The notes beneath the pieces were generated by a model. That model did no database searches. It was not told the origin of the DNA and was given only the letters and a program-made list of their open reading frames with translations. The position numbers and the translations under genes were made by a program. Below are positions 29,336 to 38,769 of a stretch of 64,000 nucleotides of DNA, piece by piece; within the stretch, counting starts at the first letter, position 1; every line of letters begins with the position of its first letter. This DNA comes from a virus. Location: the IMG/VR virus record IMGVR_UViG_3300010167_000022, one strand, 5' to 3'.

Positions 29336-29364
29336 AATATATATTAGCCGTGGGTAATTGTCAA
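29336..29364 (-). promoter_or_regulatory. sigma70-like promoter TTGACA-N17-TATATT
   Basis: revcomp reads aatcTTGACAattacccacggctaataTATATT, upstream of 28224..29279. Confidence 0.4.
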
Positions 29365-29370
29365 GATTAA

Positions 29371-29778
29371 TTACAAATAAACAACATATTCAGTATCTAC
29401 ATATATTCTGTTGTTATTTGCACCAACGGCTTTTTTAAACTTTATAATTAGATCTATTAATTCATTTACGCACTTCATTGACTGTGGCTCTAATTCTTCT
29501 TCTAGTTCACTATTGTAATGTTCTAACTTGCCAACCCATACTGCATCTTCTAATATTGTAGTTGGTGGCAAATCAAATCCTATTGCTGCATAATACTCTC
29601 CATTGTTATATACATCTGCACATACAATTTCATATGTTTCTGTAGTATCGGCATTATTAACATATGCCTCATTTGTCGCAAATGTATGTATTGTATTAGG
29701 ACATGCCAAAACATATTCTGCAAACTGTCTTGTTGATTTAGGTTCCACCCATGTGTTATTAGGCTGTGATGTATACAT
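29371..29778 (-). CDS. hypothetical protein
   Basis: ORF 135 aa. Confidence 0.5.
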   Translation of the reverse strand: MYTSQPNNTWVEPKSTRQFAEYVLACPNTIHTFATNEAYVNNADTTETYEIVCADVYNNGEYYAAIGFDLPPTTILEDAVWVGKLEHYNSELEEELEPQSMKCVNELIDLIIKFKKAVGANNNRIYVDTEYVVYL

Positions 29779-29799
29779 AATATAATTGCCCCCTTTAGT

Positions 29800-30996
29800 C
29801 TAATATATACCATTATTACTTAATCCACTAAAAATATTACTTAGAAACTCATTACTATTATTCCCATGCTTTCCTTCCAGTGCATCAATAATACTTTTAT
29901 CAAATACAGGATAAATATTTTTACTTCTGAAATAATTAATTACTCTTTCTACTTCATCATCGCTGATATATGCCCCTTGTATCCTCATAGGATTCATATC
30001 ATTTTCTCTTTTAAATAGCATATCACCCTTTCCAAGTAATGATTCAGCACCTGTCCTACCTAGTGCAACCATAGAACTTTGTGGTTTATCTACTGCAAAT
30101 ACTATTTTAGTCTGCAAGTTATCTTTTATGCGGGAAGTTATAATATCAGCAGATGGTCTTTGTGTTGCTACTATTAAATGAATCCCAGCAGCTCTACTTA
30201 GCTGAGATATTTTAATTATTGCATCTTCTACTTTTTTTGATGATGACATTATAAGCTGAGATAATTCATCAATTATAACTACTATCCTATATAACTTTTT
30301 GTCATTCATATTATTCTTTTCTAATATCTCATTGTATCTATCTATATTTCTTATAGGAATATTATTTAGCTTTGCTATCTGATTTAATAATTCATATCTT
30401 CTATTTGTTTCTTCGCAAAGCCATTCTAGCATTATTTCTGCTTTTTTTTCATCTGTTATAACTGGGGCCAATAGATGTGGAATATTTTCATAAGGTGTTA
30501 ATTCCACTTTCTTTGGGTCTAATAATACAAGCCGTAATTCTTTTACTGGTTCCATTATTAAACTTGATATTAATACATTTATAAATACAGACTTGCCAGA
30601 ACCTGATGCCCCAGCGATTAATATGTTTCTTAACTCCGGTAGGCTTCCATATATTTTTTCCCCGCATTGACTTTCTCCAATTGCAAACTTTAGCGGAGCT
30701 GTTGAGCTTTTGTATTCTGAAGATCTTATAATATCTCCAATTCTCAATATCTCATTAGATTTATTAGAAACTTCTATTCCAATTGAATTATTAGCCATCT
30801 GCACAATTTGTACAGTTTCCGCTTTCAACCTTATACGTATATCTTCTTTAGCTCTTTTTAGTTTTGCCGATTTTTCGCCGTCTACCATATGAAGTTCGTA
30901 TGTTGTTGTTACACGACCTTGTATATCTCCAATTACAATTGCATTTATACCAAGCACTTTTAATATATTTTGTACTTGTGCATATTTATCAATCAT
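29800..30996 (-). CDS. FtsK/SpoIIIE-family DNA translocase motor ATPase
   Basis: Walker A LIAGASGSGKSV; Walker B VVIIDELSQL; LIVATQRPSADIITSRIKDN...GRTGAESLLGKGDML matches the FtsK motor core. Confidence 0.75.
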   Translation of the reverse strand: MIDKYAQVQNILKVLGINAIVIGDIQGRVTTTYELHMVDGEKSAKLKRAKEDIRIRLKAETVQIVQMANNSIGIEVSNKSNEILRIGDIIRSSEYKSSTAPLKFAIGESQCGEKIYGSLPELRNILIAGASGSGKSVFINVLISSLIMEPVKELRLVLLDPKKVELTPYENIPHLLAPVITDEKKAEIMLEWLCEETNRRYELLNQIAKLNNIPIRNIDRYNEILEKNNMNDKKLYRIVVIIDELSQLIMSSSKKVEDAIIKISQLSRAAGIHLIVATQRPSADIITSRIKDNLQTKIVFAVDKPQSSMVALGRTGAESLLGKGDMLFKRENDMNPMRIQGAYISDDEVERVINYFRSKNIYPVFDKSIIDALEGKHGNNSNEFLSNIFSGLSNNGIY

Positions 30997-31016
30997 GAAA
31001 ATTCCCGCCTTTAGCT

Positions 31017-31565
31017 TTAGTCAAAAATAGATTCAATTTCTTTGCCGTCAAAACATTGTCGTGTATTATCAGATTCTATAGTATACAAATCGTCATAAGT
31101 ATCTATAGCCATTTGTGTTTCAATATAGTTAAGACATTCGATTAAAAATATATTAAGTTCGCTTCTTGCTAATTTATAATTATTACATGCTTCTTTTCTA
31201 TTAACGCCAAGCACATAACATGTTTTTATCGCATATGCAACAAGTTCATCTTCTAATAAAAATAATAACTTTTGTTCCATATCATTTGGTAATTGTCCTG
31301 ACTTTGCAAAATTTATAAGGGATTTTGTTGGCACGCTATCTACATATAATATAAAATTATTTGCTACATTATAAAAATCTTCAATGTTTAACTTTCTATG
31401 TGATTTATTTCTAGTGTTCCTTACTATATTTACAGCAGTTTCAATATCTTTTTTTATACGCATTTCGCCAGATGCTTTCATTTTTCTTTCAAAATCGTCA
31501 CGATACAATTTTGAAACTACAATAAAAAATACAATCAAAAGAATAAACATAGTAAAATAACCCAT
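31017..31565 (-). CDS. single-pass membrane protein (possible anchor partner of the FtsK-like ATPase)
   Basis: ORF 182 aa; MGYFTMFILLIVFFIVVS. Confidence 0.45.
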   Translation of the reverse strand: MGYFTMFILLIVFFIVVSKLYRDDFERKMKASGEMRIKKDIETAVNIVRNTRNKSHRKLNIEDFYNVANNFILYVDSVPTKSLINFAKSGQLPNDMEQKLLFLLEDELVAYAIKTCYVLGVNRKEACNNYKLARSELNIFLIECLNYIETQMAIDTYDDLYTIESDNTRQCFDGKEIESIFD

Positions 31566-31777
31566 TATATCATCTCGCTATCTCCATTAAGTGAATTGCA
31601 AAACTTTTCATATGCATTAGTCGCAATAACCAAATCGTTTTTTGAATATTCTGCATAATGCATATGCCTACCGTCTACAAATATTGTTATGTCTAATTTT
31701 TTTTTGTTGTCAATCAACCTCCCAAACATTTCTAAACCGTTTGGGCTATGTCCTAAAAACATATAATCTTTATCCAT
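31565..31777 (-). CDS. hypothetical protein
   Basis: ORF 70 aa. Confidence 0.45.
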   Translation of the reverse strand: MDKDYMFLGHSPNGLEMFGRLIDNKKKLDITIFVDGRHMHYAEYSKNDLVIATNAYEKFCNSLNGDSEMI

Positions 31778-31802
31778 AAATTATACCACTCCCTTCACTA
31801 AA

Positions 31803-31830
31803 TTTTAATAGAAGAGTTCTTCTATTAAAA
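31803..31830. promoter_or_regulatory. PeSL-like palindromic intergenic element
   Basis: ttttaatagaagagttcttctattaaaa. Confidence 0.55.
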
Positions 31831-32085
31831 CTTGCTTTCTACATCTATTAATTTGTCAACATCAGACTCATCAAGAACTAAAGAATTATATCCTATATAC
31901 TCTCCACTTATAATAATTGTATAATATTCATATTTTGCTTTGCAAATATCATATATCCATTCAGATTTTACATCAGTAATTATTATCGTATCATTTTCAT
32001 CAGTATAGCCAATTATTTCATCTTCATTATTATATATAGGATATTTTTCGTTTAATTTACAAATTTGAGCAAACATATTAATCAA
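31825..32085 (-). CDS. hypothetical protein
   Basis: ORF 86 aa. Confidence 0.45.
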   Translation of the reverse strand: MINMFAQICKLNEKYPIYNNEDEIIGYTDENDTIIITDVKSEWIYDICKAKYEYYTIIISGEYIGYNSLVLDESDVDKLIDVESKF

Positions 32086-32129
32086 CCCTCTCTTTTGATT
32101 TCTGAATCACCTGATAAAGTTAGCATATT

Positions 32130-32390
32130 TTATTCTCCATTATTATAATCTAATATTTCACCATAATATTTTTCATCTTCTTTTAATCTACATGCAATGT
32201 ATTTTGAAAATAATAAATCCACTCCACACTCATTTAATATTTTTACAAATTCATAATCGCAACAATCTGGATATGCTATTTTATTTGGTCTACAATTATA
32301 TGCGCTATTTATTGGAAGCTCATATATTTCTTCATGTGCATCTTCATATGCATATATTGCTTTATATATCATTTTATCCTTAATATACAC
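32130..32390 (-). CDS. hypothetical protein
   Basis: ORF 86 aa. Confidence 0.45.
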   Translation of the reverse strand: MYIKDKMIYKAIYAYEDAHEEIYELPINSAYNCRPNKIAYPDCCDYEFVKILNECGVDLLFSKYIACRLKEDEKYYGEILDYNNGE

Positions 32391-32512
32391 ATATTTTTGT
32401 GTTCATTATAATTATTCCATTCTTTAACTGTCAATTTTATTCTCCTATCTATCATCCAAAAATTTGAATCAAATTACACTTCTATATAAAATTCGTTAGC
32501 TGTAATATTACT

Positions 32513-32830
32513 CTATTTATTAGCATACTTCTCTAAACTATCTCGTTCACTTTGCCGCTGCCACTTTTGATTTATAATACTCATTACCTTTTCGTATCCA
32601 TATAAATGAGCTAATGATATAATACAAATAAGCGAATCGGCTACTTCTTCAATTATATCATTAATATTTTCCTTCTTGCGCAATTTCTTTATTAGAGCCT
32701 TAGTAAGCTCTGCCATTTCTTCGATTGCCATAATTTCTTGGTATGATTCACCATAAATCTCATGTAACTCTTTAATACGATTGATAAAGTTGTGGTCTAC
32801 TCGATAAGAATTGCAATCATTAATTTTCAA
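32513..32830 (-). CDS. mazG: MazG-like nucleoside triphosphate pyrophosphohydrolase
   Basis: EEMAELTKAL and EEVADSLICIISLA (paired EExxE/D metal-binding helices); 105 aa. Confidence 0.55.
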   Translation of the reverse strand: MKINDCNSYRVDHNFINRIKELHEIYGESYQEIMAIEEMAELTKALIKKLRKKENINDIIEEVADSLICIISLAHLYGYEKVMSIINQKWQRQSERDSLEKYANK

Positions 32831-32921
32831 AATTGATTACCCCCTGTATTACATGCTTTCCCTGACGCTGAGGTTCCAAATCCCATATAATCTACTCCTC
32901 AATTTTCATAAATGTATTGTT

Positions 32922-33278
32922 CTATTTAAATTGTTCGTTTATTTTATCTTGGATAAATGTATCATATGGTATTTTTATTGAAATATTATATGGCTTAATT
33001 TGCGAATTGTCTTCTAAATTATTAAAGATAATCAACTTATTATTATAATCCAATTTAATATTCATATTTCTAACAATTTTTAACATACTCCAAGCATTAA
33101 ACATTCCATTCAACTCACCAATAATATACGCTATAAAATCATATGGAACAAGAACTGATACTGTATGTTTAGCAAATTGTAATTCAATACGTCTAATACA
33201 TGATACTATTCTATTATTAATTGCTTCTTTATACAGATTATCTAATACTATTTCATCAATAAATTTTTCAAAATCCAT
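32922..33278 (-). CDS. hypothetical protein
   Basis: ORF 118 aa. Confidence 0.5.
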   Translation of the reverse strand: MDFEKFIDEIVLDNLYKEAINNRIVSCIRRIELQFAKHTVSVLVPYDFIAYIIGELNGMFNAWSMLKIVRNMNIKLDYNNKLIIFNNLEDNSQIKPYNISIKIPYDTFIQDKINEQFK

Positions 33279-33319
33279 TTATATCATCTCCTATTCTCGC
33301 CGTGTTTTTAAAAATTTAA

Positions 33320-33838
33320 TTAGCTAATTACTTCACATTCTTTAATAATATCCAAATCAATTGGCATAGTATCATTCCCAATACTACGTATATATGTTCC
33401 ATATGCATTATAACTATATCCCAAACCTTCATCAATATATTCTCCAAAACCTATTATCCATATATCATCATTATGCTTAATTTTATTACCAATATGAATA
33501 TCTCTTCCATTTTTATCTTTTATCCCAATGCCAATACTACTAAGTATAATATTATTAATATCATAATCTGTAAAATATTTTTGTTCTAATTCATATTCAT
33601 AAGAAGTTCTTTCATTTTGCATGAATTTATATTCATCAAATTGACAAATATTATTAGATTTTGCAAAATCAATTTGTCTTTTATAAAATTGATTTTGCTC
33701 TTGTTTATATAACAAATCTCTTAACTTTGTCTTTACACAATTAATTTCATTAAGACAACATCCTTCTAAATATTTAAAATTTTCTTCATGCTTACTCAAA
33801 CATATATTATTATTCATAGTTATCTCCTTCACAAACAA
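33320..33838 (-). CDS. hypothetical protein
   Basis: ORF 172 aa. Confidence 0.5.
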   Translation of the reverse strand: MFVKEITMNNNICLSKHEENFKYLEGCCLNEINCVKTKLRDLLYKQEQNQFYKRQIDFAKSNNICQFDEYKFMQNERTSYEYELEQKYFTDYDINNIILSSIGIGIKDKNGRDIHIGNKIKHNDDIWIIGFGEYIDEGLGYSYNAYGTYIRSIGNDTMPIDLDIIKECEVIS

Positions 33839-33844
33839 ATAATA

Positions 33845-34246
33845 TTATGATTCATAATAATAATCACATTCAGATATTTTAGCAAAATCAAAATTATTAA
33901 GTATTTTTAATAATTTTAAAATATTATTTGATGCATCTACAAATTTTTCATATTCATCAATTTCAAATGCACCATAAGATATTGTTTGAGCAGAAAATGC
34001 ATTTGTTGCATCTATACCTACCTGATATATTTCAGAATAATATCTTTCGCCCAAAGATGCTATATGAATATTTGGAATATCTGCTTTAGCGAATCGCCTT
34101 ATTGTATTTACAAAATATCCGTGTTTTCTACATATTGCGTCTAATTCTTGCAACTCTTTGCTATTGAACTTTATCGCCATTTTATTCCTCCTTATAAAAC
34201 TAATTATTGTGGTTATAATTATACTATATATATTACTTTTAATCAA
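33845..34246 (-). CDS. hypothetical protein
   Basis: ORF 133 aa. Confidence 0.5.
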   Translation of the reverse strand: MIKSNIYSIIITTIISFIRRNKMAIKFNSKELQELDAICRKHGYFVNTIRRFAKADIPNIHIASLGERYYSEIYQVGIDATNAFSAQTISYGAFEIDEYEKFVDASNNILKLLKILNNFDFAKISECDYYYES

Positions 34247-34255
34247 ATGGACGTT

Positions 34256-34579
34256 CTATTTAGATTTTAGTTTAGCATAAGCATGTAATTTACCAATTAT
34301 TAAATTAGCTCCGTCAATACGCTTCTGTAAAGCTTCAATATTTGAATCATAGTGTAGAATTAATAAGTTTATCGCATCATTAATCTGTTCTTCATAGCAA
34401 AATACACCTAGTAAAAAGTCTCTATCTATATTCATAAGTGAACTCTTATTAATTGTTCGTTCACAATATGAGCCATTATCTTTAATTTTAAATTGCTTTT
34501 CAGTTTCTTTAATAATTTCATATTTTTTAATATAAACATCGTTATTACAACTTGCAATAACAGAATATAAATAATTCAT
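34256..34579 (-). CDS. hypothetical protein
   Basis: ORF 107 aa. Confidence 0.5.
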   Translation of the reverse strand: MNYLYSVIASCNNDVYIKKYEIIKETEKQFKIKDNGSYCERTINKSSLMNIDRDFLLGVFCYEEQINDAINLLILHYDSNIEALQKRIDGANLIIGKLHAYAKLKSK

Positions 34580-34595
34580 AGCAAGTCTCCAATCT

Positions 34596-35144
34596 TTATT
34601 TTGAATTAACTTTTAATTCTTCATCAAGCAGTCTCTTAACCTTATCAATTTCTTCTTTAGTATGAACAACCCCACCACTATTCATTTCTAAATACCAACG
34701 CAAAACTTGCTCTCGTGTTTTTAAATCATTTACATTTACTCGTAAATTTAACATTCTCATTCTATTTGTTCCAGTAAAATCTTTATAATAATTATCAAAT
34801 ACTTTTATCTCATTATTCATAAATTGTCGTATTGATGTAAGCCGTTGCAATCCATCTACGCATACAAAATCATTATATCTATTATCATCAATATCAACAA
34901 CAGTATGCCATGAAGGATTGTTGAGATAAATTATATTTGCAGTCCTACCACCTTGTAAAACAAACTCTATATATTTAGAACTTTGTTCATTACTCCAAAC
35001 CCTCCCACGTTGAAAATCTGGATTCAACTGCAATCCACGCTCTGATACTTCTTCATCAATGAATTCCAATAAAGATTTAAAACTATAACTACATTCCCAT
35101 TGTCCACTTTCTGTGAATTGTGGGATATCATTAAAATTTATCAT
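34596..35144 (-). CDS. DUF262 / ParB-like nuclease-domain protein (short form)
   Basis: CVDGLQRLTSIRQF (DGxQR motif); 182 aa. Confidence 0.5.
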   Translation of the reverse strand: MINFNDIPQFTESGQWECSYSFKSLLEFIDEEVSERGLQLNPDFQRGRVWSNEQSSKYIEFVLQGGRTANIIYLNNPSWHTVVDIDDNRYNDFVCVDGLQRLTSIRQFMNNEIKVFDNYYKDFTGTNRMRMLNLRVNVNDLKTREQVLRWYLEMNSGGVVHTKEEIDKVKRLLDEELKVNSK

Positions 35145-35488
35145 TTTATCTCCTTATTCATATTAAGGTTGTTTGCGCAATCTGTTAATATATAGTTTAT
35201 AATTTGGCTATACCTTCCATTAAAATTATGCAAATTTATTTTTGCATTTTGTTTGCAATAATATCTATCCTGGAATTTATAGAATAATTTTGGATATTGT
35301 ATTACAGCATAATTCATATCATTTGTATTGATATTAAATACAATATCATATAATAGTCCTTCTATTTTACTAACAAGCGAATAATATTGCATAATATCAT
35401 CAATAGAAATACCATTATCATTTTTATTATTAGCTAATAAATTTGCTAATACTACTTCTGCAGGTATATGTATAATACTACTCTCCAT
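35141..35488 (-). CDS. hypothetical protein
   Basis: ORF 115 aa; 4-nt overlap with the downstream gene. Confidence 0.5.
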   Translation of the reverse strand: MESSIIHIPAEVVLANLLANNKNDNGISIDDIMQYYSLVSKIEGLLYDIVFNINTNDMNYAVIQYPKLFYKFQDRYYCKQNAKINLHNFNGRYSQIINYILTDCANNLNMNKEIK

Positions 35489-35569
35489 ATATATATCCTT
35501 TCAAATAATATCATTATAGTATGATTAAATAATAAAGTCAAGCAATATTTTTAATTATTAATTATATTT

Positions 35570-35700
35570 TAATTATATACCTTCCAGTTGGATATTCAAA
35601 TAAATAACCACTTTCTATCCATTGCTTAACTTTTGATTCTATAATTTCATACTTTATTTCTTTATTAAGCTTTTCATATAATTCTTGCAATGAAAAATTT
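35570..35700 (-). pseudogene. truncated paralog of 26064..26342 (...SKVKQWIESGYLFEYPTGRYIIKI), 5' end replaced by a GC-rich element
   Basis: protein-level conservation with the 26.1-kb copy; no start codon. Confidence 0.3.
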
Positions 35701-35713
35701 TTATAAGGAACAA

Positions 35714-35755
35714 GCGAGAAACCCGCTACCCTTTAGGGGCGTGGGGCATTGACAG
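35714..35755 (+). repeat. GC-rich hairpin element, inverted orientation relative to the 15630 copy
   Basis: gcgagaaacccgctaccctttaggggcgtggggcattgacag compared with gagaaatcccatccccttaaggggatgggtagttcac. Confidence 0.4.
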
Positions 35756-35762
35756 AATATTT

Positions 35763-35791
35763 ATTATACCATATCTATTGTTTATTGTCAA
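35763..35791 (-). promoter_or_regulatory. perfect consensus sigma70 promoter TTGACA-N17-TATAAT
   Basis: revcomp reads catTTGACAataaacaatagatatggTATAAT. Confidence 0.6.
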
Positions 35792-35799
35792 ATGATTGT

Positions 35800-36171
35800 T
35801 TAAGCAACTAAATTTACATCATCTATATCTATATAACTTACGCTTGTTGTATATTTATCTGTTTTTATAGACATAAAATGATATAGTTTTTGCACTACTG
35901 TTCCTTCTAGTGTTTTAGCTACATCATCAGCAACCCATGCGCTTACTGTATCTGGATATAAATTTATTATTACTCTAGATCCAGTTTTAAACAAACTACA
36001 TCTATCTTTTGTTTTATTTACTCTTGCTTTTAATGTTGCTGCTTCCTTCATTTTATTTTCAAAATCTTCTGATTCTTCTATCCTGCTTTTCCAACTTCTT
36101 TTTTTCTTTGGAATAGGTTCACTAACAATATCTACATCAGTTGTGTCAAAATTTGCTATGCGCTTTGGCAT
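35800..36171 (-). CDS. hypothetical protein
   Basis: ORF 123 aa. Confidence 0.5.
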   Translation of the reverse strand: MPKRIANFDTTDVDIVSEPIPKKKRSWKSRIEESEDFENKMKEAATLKARVNKTKDRCSLFKTGSRVIINLYPDTVSAWVADDVAKTLEGTVVQKLYHFMSIKTDKYTTSVSYIDIDDVNLVA

Positions 36172-36222
36172 TTCACTTACCCCCTATCACTTGAATATCT
36201 CATGTACACCCACATAATACAC

Positions 36223-36564
36223 CTATTTATTCCTCTCCCATATTAAATCCATATTTTCTAGTTTTCGTGATAAAAAGAAAATATCACCTCTTGGGTATAA
36301 GACTTTCATAATATCAAATGCTTTATCTGTTGGGCAAAGCATATCTTCATTATACTTATTTGAACCCATAAATCCGCATCCTATATTTATATCATATAAA
36401 CGCGATAGTATAATTTTAAGTTCTTCGTCTTCGTGTTCACTAAACTTTACAAAAAATTTTTCTACAAACCCATTCATTCGTGTATTTATATTTTCAAACA
36501 CAACGAATATACTTTTATTTCTAACTACTATTCTCATACCATTTTTTAGATCTTTAAGTTTCAT
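36223..36564 (-). CDS. hypothetical protein (N-terminus paralogous to 43658..44344)
   Basis: MKLKDLKNGMRIVVRN compared with MNLYDLKSGMRVRTRN. Confidence 0.5.
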   Translation of the reverse strand: MKLKDLKNGMRIVVRNKSIFVVFENINTRMNGFVEKFFVKFSEHEDEELKIILSRLYDINIGCGFMGSNKYNEDMLCPTDKAFDIMKVLYPRGDIFFLSRKLENMDLIWERNK

Positions 36565-36740
36565 TTACTCCCCCCTTTATGAAATTATTCATGCGAAAAG
36601 TATGCGCCATATTTAATTTTTGCACACCATTATAAAAGTGCATTCTGCCTATGTTTTTAATAAATAATAAAAACTAAAAATCATGTACTGTTTTCCGATA
36701 TAATTGATATATAAATGTATTTTTACTATGCCTATTCGTT

Positions 36741-36992
36741 CTATCTTTGTATTCTTATTGATTTAATTCCATTCGCTATATCATTAATAATATCTATTCT
36801 AGTGATTGAATTTGGATTTATATGAATTGCATATTGTAATCCATCTTTACAATATACTAATACATAATCATCGTTATCTATATATCTGTCGCTACTAAGA
36901 TCAGAACCTTTTATTAATTCAAATTTTTGAAAATAACTTTCAGCACAGTTAAATAATATTCCGCATTCTTTTATAAATCTTTCTTTGCTCAT
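36741..36992 (-). CDS. hypothetical protein
   Basis: ORF 83 aa; 4-nt overlap with the upstream gene. Confidence 0.45.
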   Translation of the reverse strand: MSKERFIKECGILFNCAESYFQKFELIKGSDLSSDRYIDNDDYVLVYCKDGLQYAIHINPNSITRIDIINDIANGIKSIRIQR

Positions 36993-37216
36993 TCACTATC
37001 ACTCCAATCAAACATAGCATCTGTCCAATCATACATTACACAATATTTTGATTTTTCATGATTGCATATTGAATATGTCTTATCTCCAACAGTATTAATT
37101 GTAACAATTTCTCCTGCCAATACTGACATTATTGGAGTAACCATTATACCATCATATGTATCAAATGCTTTTAAATTTGATAATAATCTTCGCGAATCTT
37201 CAGATTCCATTTTCAT
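36989..37216 (-). CDS. hypothetical protein
   Basis: ORF 75 aa. Confidence 0.45.
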   Translation of the reverse strand: MKMESEDSRRLLSNLKAFDTYDGIMVTPIMSVLAGEIVTINTVGDKTYSICNHEKSKYCVMYDWTDAMFDWSDSE

Positions 37217-37252
37217 AATTATATCCCTCCAAAAATTTATTACAAATAATAA

Positions 37253-37786
37253 TTATACAAATAAAATATCTGAGTAGCTTAATATTTTACTATAATGATA
37301 GTATTCACAATGTTTAAAATATACTAAAGCCCCATATGAAATGCAACCATTCTCTATACAATAGCATGTATTTTCTTTGTGTGATTGCCAGTATGTATTT
37401 TGTTTGTCAATAATAGATGACGAATGCCATTTAATATTATTATCACTAAATATTCTAAATAAATCTATAGCTTCTTCTTCTGTTTTACAATTTATAATGA
37501 GGATACAATTTAAAATATTATGAAATTCTAAAAATCTTTTAATATTAAACGTTTTTTTTCTACCTGAAGCGATTAATAATTTGTCGTATGCGAATTTATT
37601 AATATCAAAACAATTATCATATTTGCTTCTTTCTTCCATTTCATTTGCAATTTTAATAATTGTACCTTCTAATCCATCTTTGCTTTTAAAATCATCATCA
37701 CTAATAATATTCTTATTAATAAGAGTCCCAGCTAGAATAGAGATATTAATAATATTATCTATAATTTCATTATTCATAATGACCAA
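37253..37786 (-). CDS. hypothetical protein
   Basis: ORF 177 aa. Confidence 0.5.
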   Translation of the reverse strand: MVIMNNEIIDNIINISILAGTLINKNIISDDDFKSKDGLEGTIIKIANEMEERSKYDNCFDINKFAYDKLLIASGRKKTFNIKRFLEFHNILNCILIINCKTEEEAIDLFRIFSDNNIKWHSSSIIDKQNTYWQSHKENTCYCIENGCISYGALVYFKHCEYYHYSKILSYSDILFV

Positions 37787-37843
37787 TCCTTAAACTAAAA
37801 TTTGTGAAAATTCATTTCTTTGCAAATAAAATTTTAATACAAA

Positions 37844-37871
37844 TTTTAATAGAAGAAATATTCTATTAAAA
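37844..37871. promoter_or_regulatory. PeSL-like palindromic intergenic element
   Basis: ttttaatagaagaaatattctattaaaa. Confidence 0.55.
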
Positions 37872-37875
37872 TATT

Positions 37876-38109
37876 TTAATTATTTAACCACTCATATATA
37901 TCTTTAATAAATACTTTATCATCTTTATTATCATTATATTTAGTGAATGATGAATAAATTGTTGCACCAAAAAGAATAACTGCTATAACTTCATCGTCAA
38001 AACTAACTGTTGGATACTCACTGCTATTATCATCAAAAAATTCTTCTAGTGAATGCCAGACATTACATCTAATCTCTTTATCATAATCTTTTGATATTAT
38101 TTTTAACAT
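37876..38109 (-). CDS. hypothetical protein
   Basis: ORF 77 aa. Confidence 0.45.
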   Translation of the reverse strand: MLKIISKDYDKEIRCNVWHSLEEFFDDNSSEYPTVSFDDEVIAVILFGATIYSSFTKYNDNKDDKVFIKDIYEWLNN

Positions 38110-38146
38110 CTAATCATCCTTATAATATAATTTATGATTCTACTTA

Positions 38147-38413
38147 TTAATTATATCTATCGTATTTCTTTTTTATAATATCAACATATATTTTTATTTT
38201 ATGAGAGCATAATAATACTAATTCACTAAATATATAACAAATATACAAAAGCCAAACTAATGGAAAAATTATTGTTAATGCTACTATAATAATAGCGTTA
38301 TTAACATAGTCGTCGTCTTTATTAAAAATCTTTACCCCATTTGAATCTTTTGCAAAAGATATAAATAACATAGCCGTAATAAATCCTAACAATAAATATA
38401 AAAACATCTTCAT
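38147..38413 (-). CDS. small membrane protein
   Basis: ORF 88 aa, two hydrophobic helices. Confidence 0.45.
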   Translation of the reverse strand: MKMFLYLLLGFITAMLFISFAKDSNGVKIFNKDDDYVNNAIIIVALTIIFPLVWLLYICYIFSELVLLCSHKIKIYVDIIKKKYDRYN

Positions 38414-38474
38414 ATACTCCTTATCTAAACCTTATTTATAAATGTATTAATGCTTGCTCCGTTTTTAATATTAT

Positions 38475-38753
38475 CTACAACGCACGTTTAGTATATCCTA
38501 CGCCATTAATTTTAAGATAATCTTCTAATTCATTCCTTCCTATATCATCAATACTAAAGCATTTACTGCAGAAGTAGTGGCAAATAATATTATCACAAAC
38601 ATTCTGCAACCCCTTCCAGCTATTTATGTTATTAATTACATTCCACATTGTTTTCAGTTTCACTTTATTATGACATTTCTCACATCGTTTAGACAACAAA
38701 ATGAACTTTGAAGAGATTTTAAAATAAAGAAAATAATATATATATCTTTTCAT
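38475..38753 (-). CDS. Cys-rich small protein (start moved to the internal ATG, MKRYIYY...)
   Basis: the track ORF overlaps the upstream gene by 58 nt; the internal ATG avoids the overlap. Confidence 0.4.
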   Translation of the reverse strand: MKRYIYYFLYFKISSKFILLSKRCEKCHNKVKLKTMWNVINNINSWKGLQNVCDNIICHYFCSKCFSIDDIGRNELEDYLKINGVGYTKRAL

Positions 38754-38769
38754 ATTATATACCTTCCAT

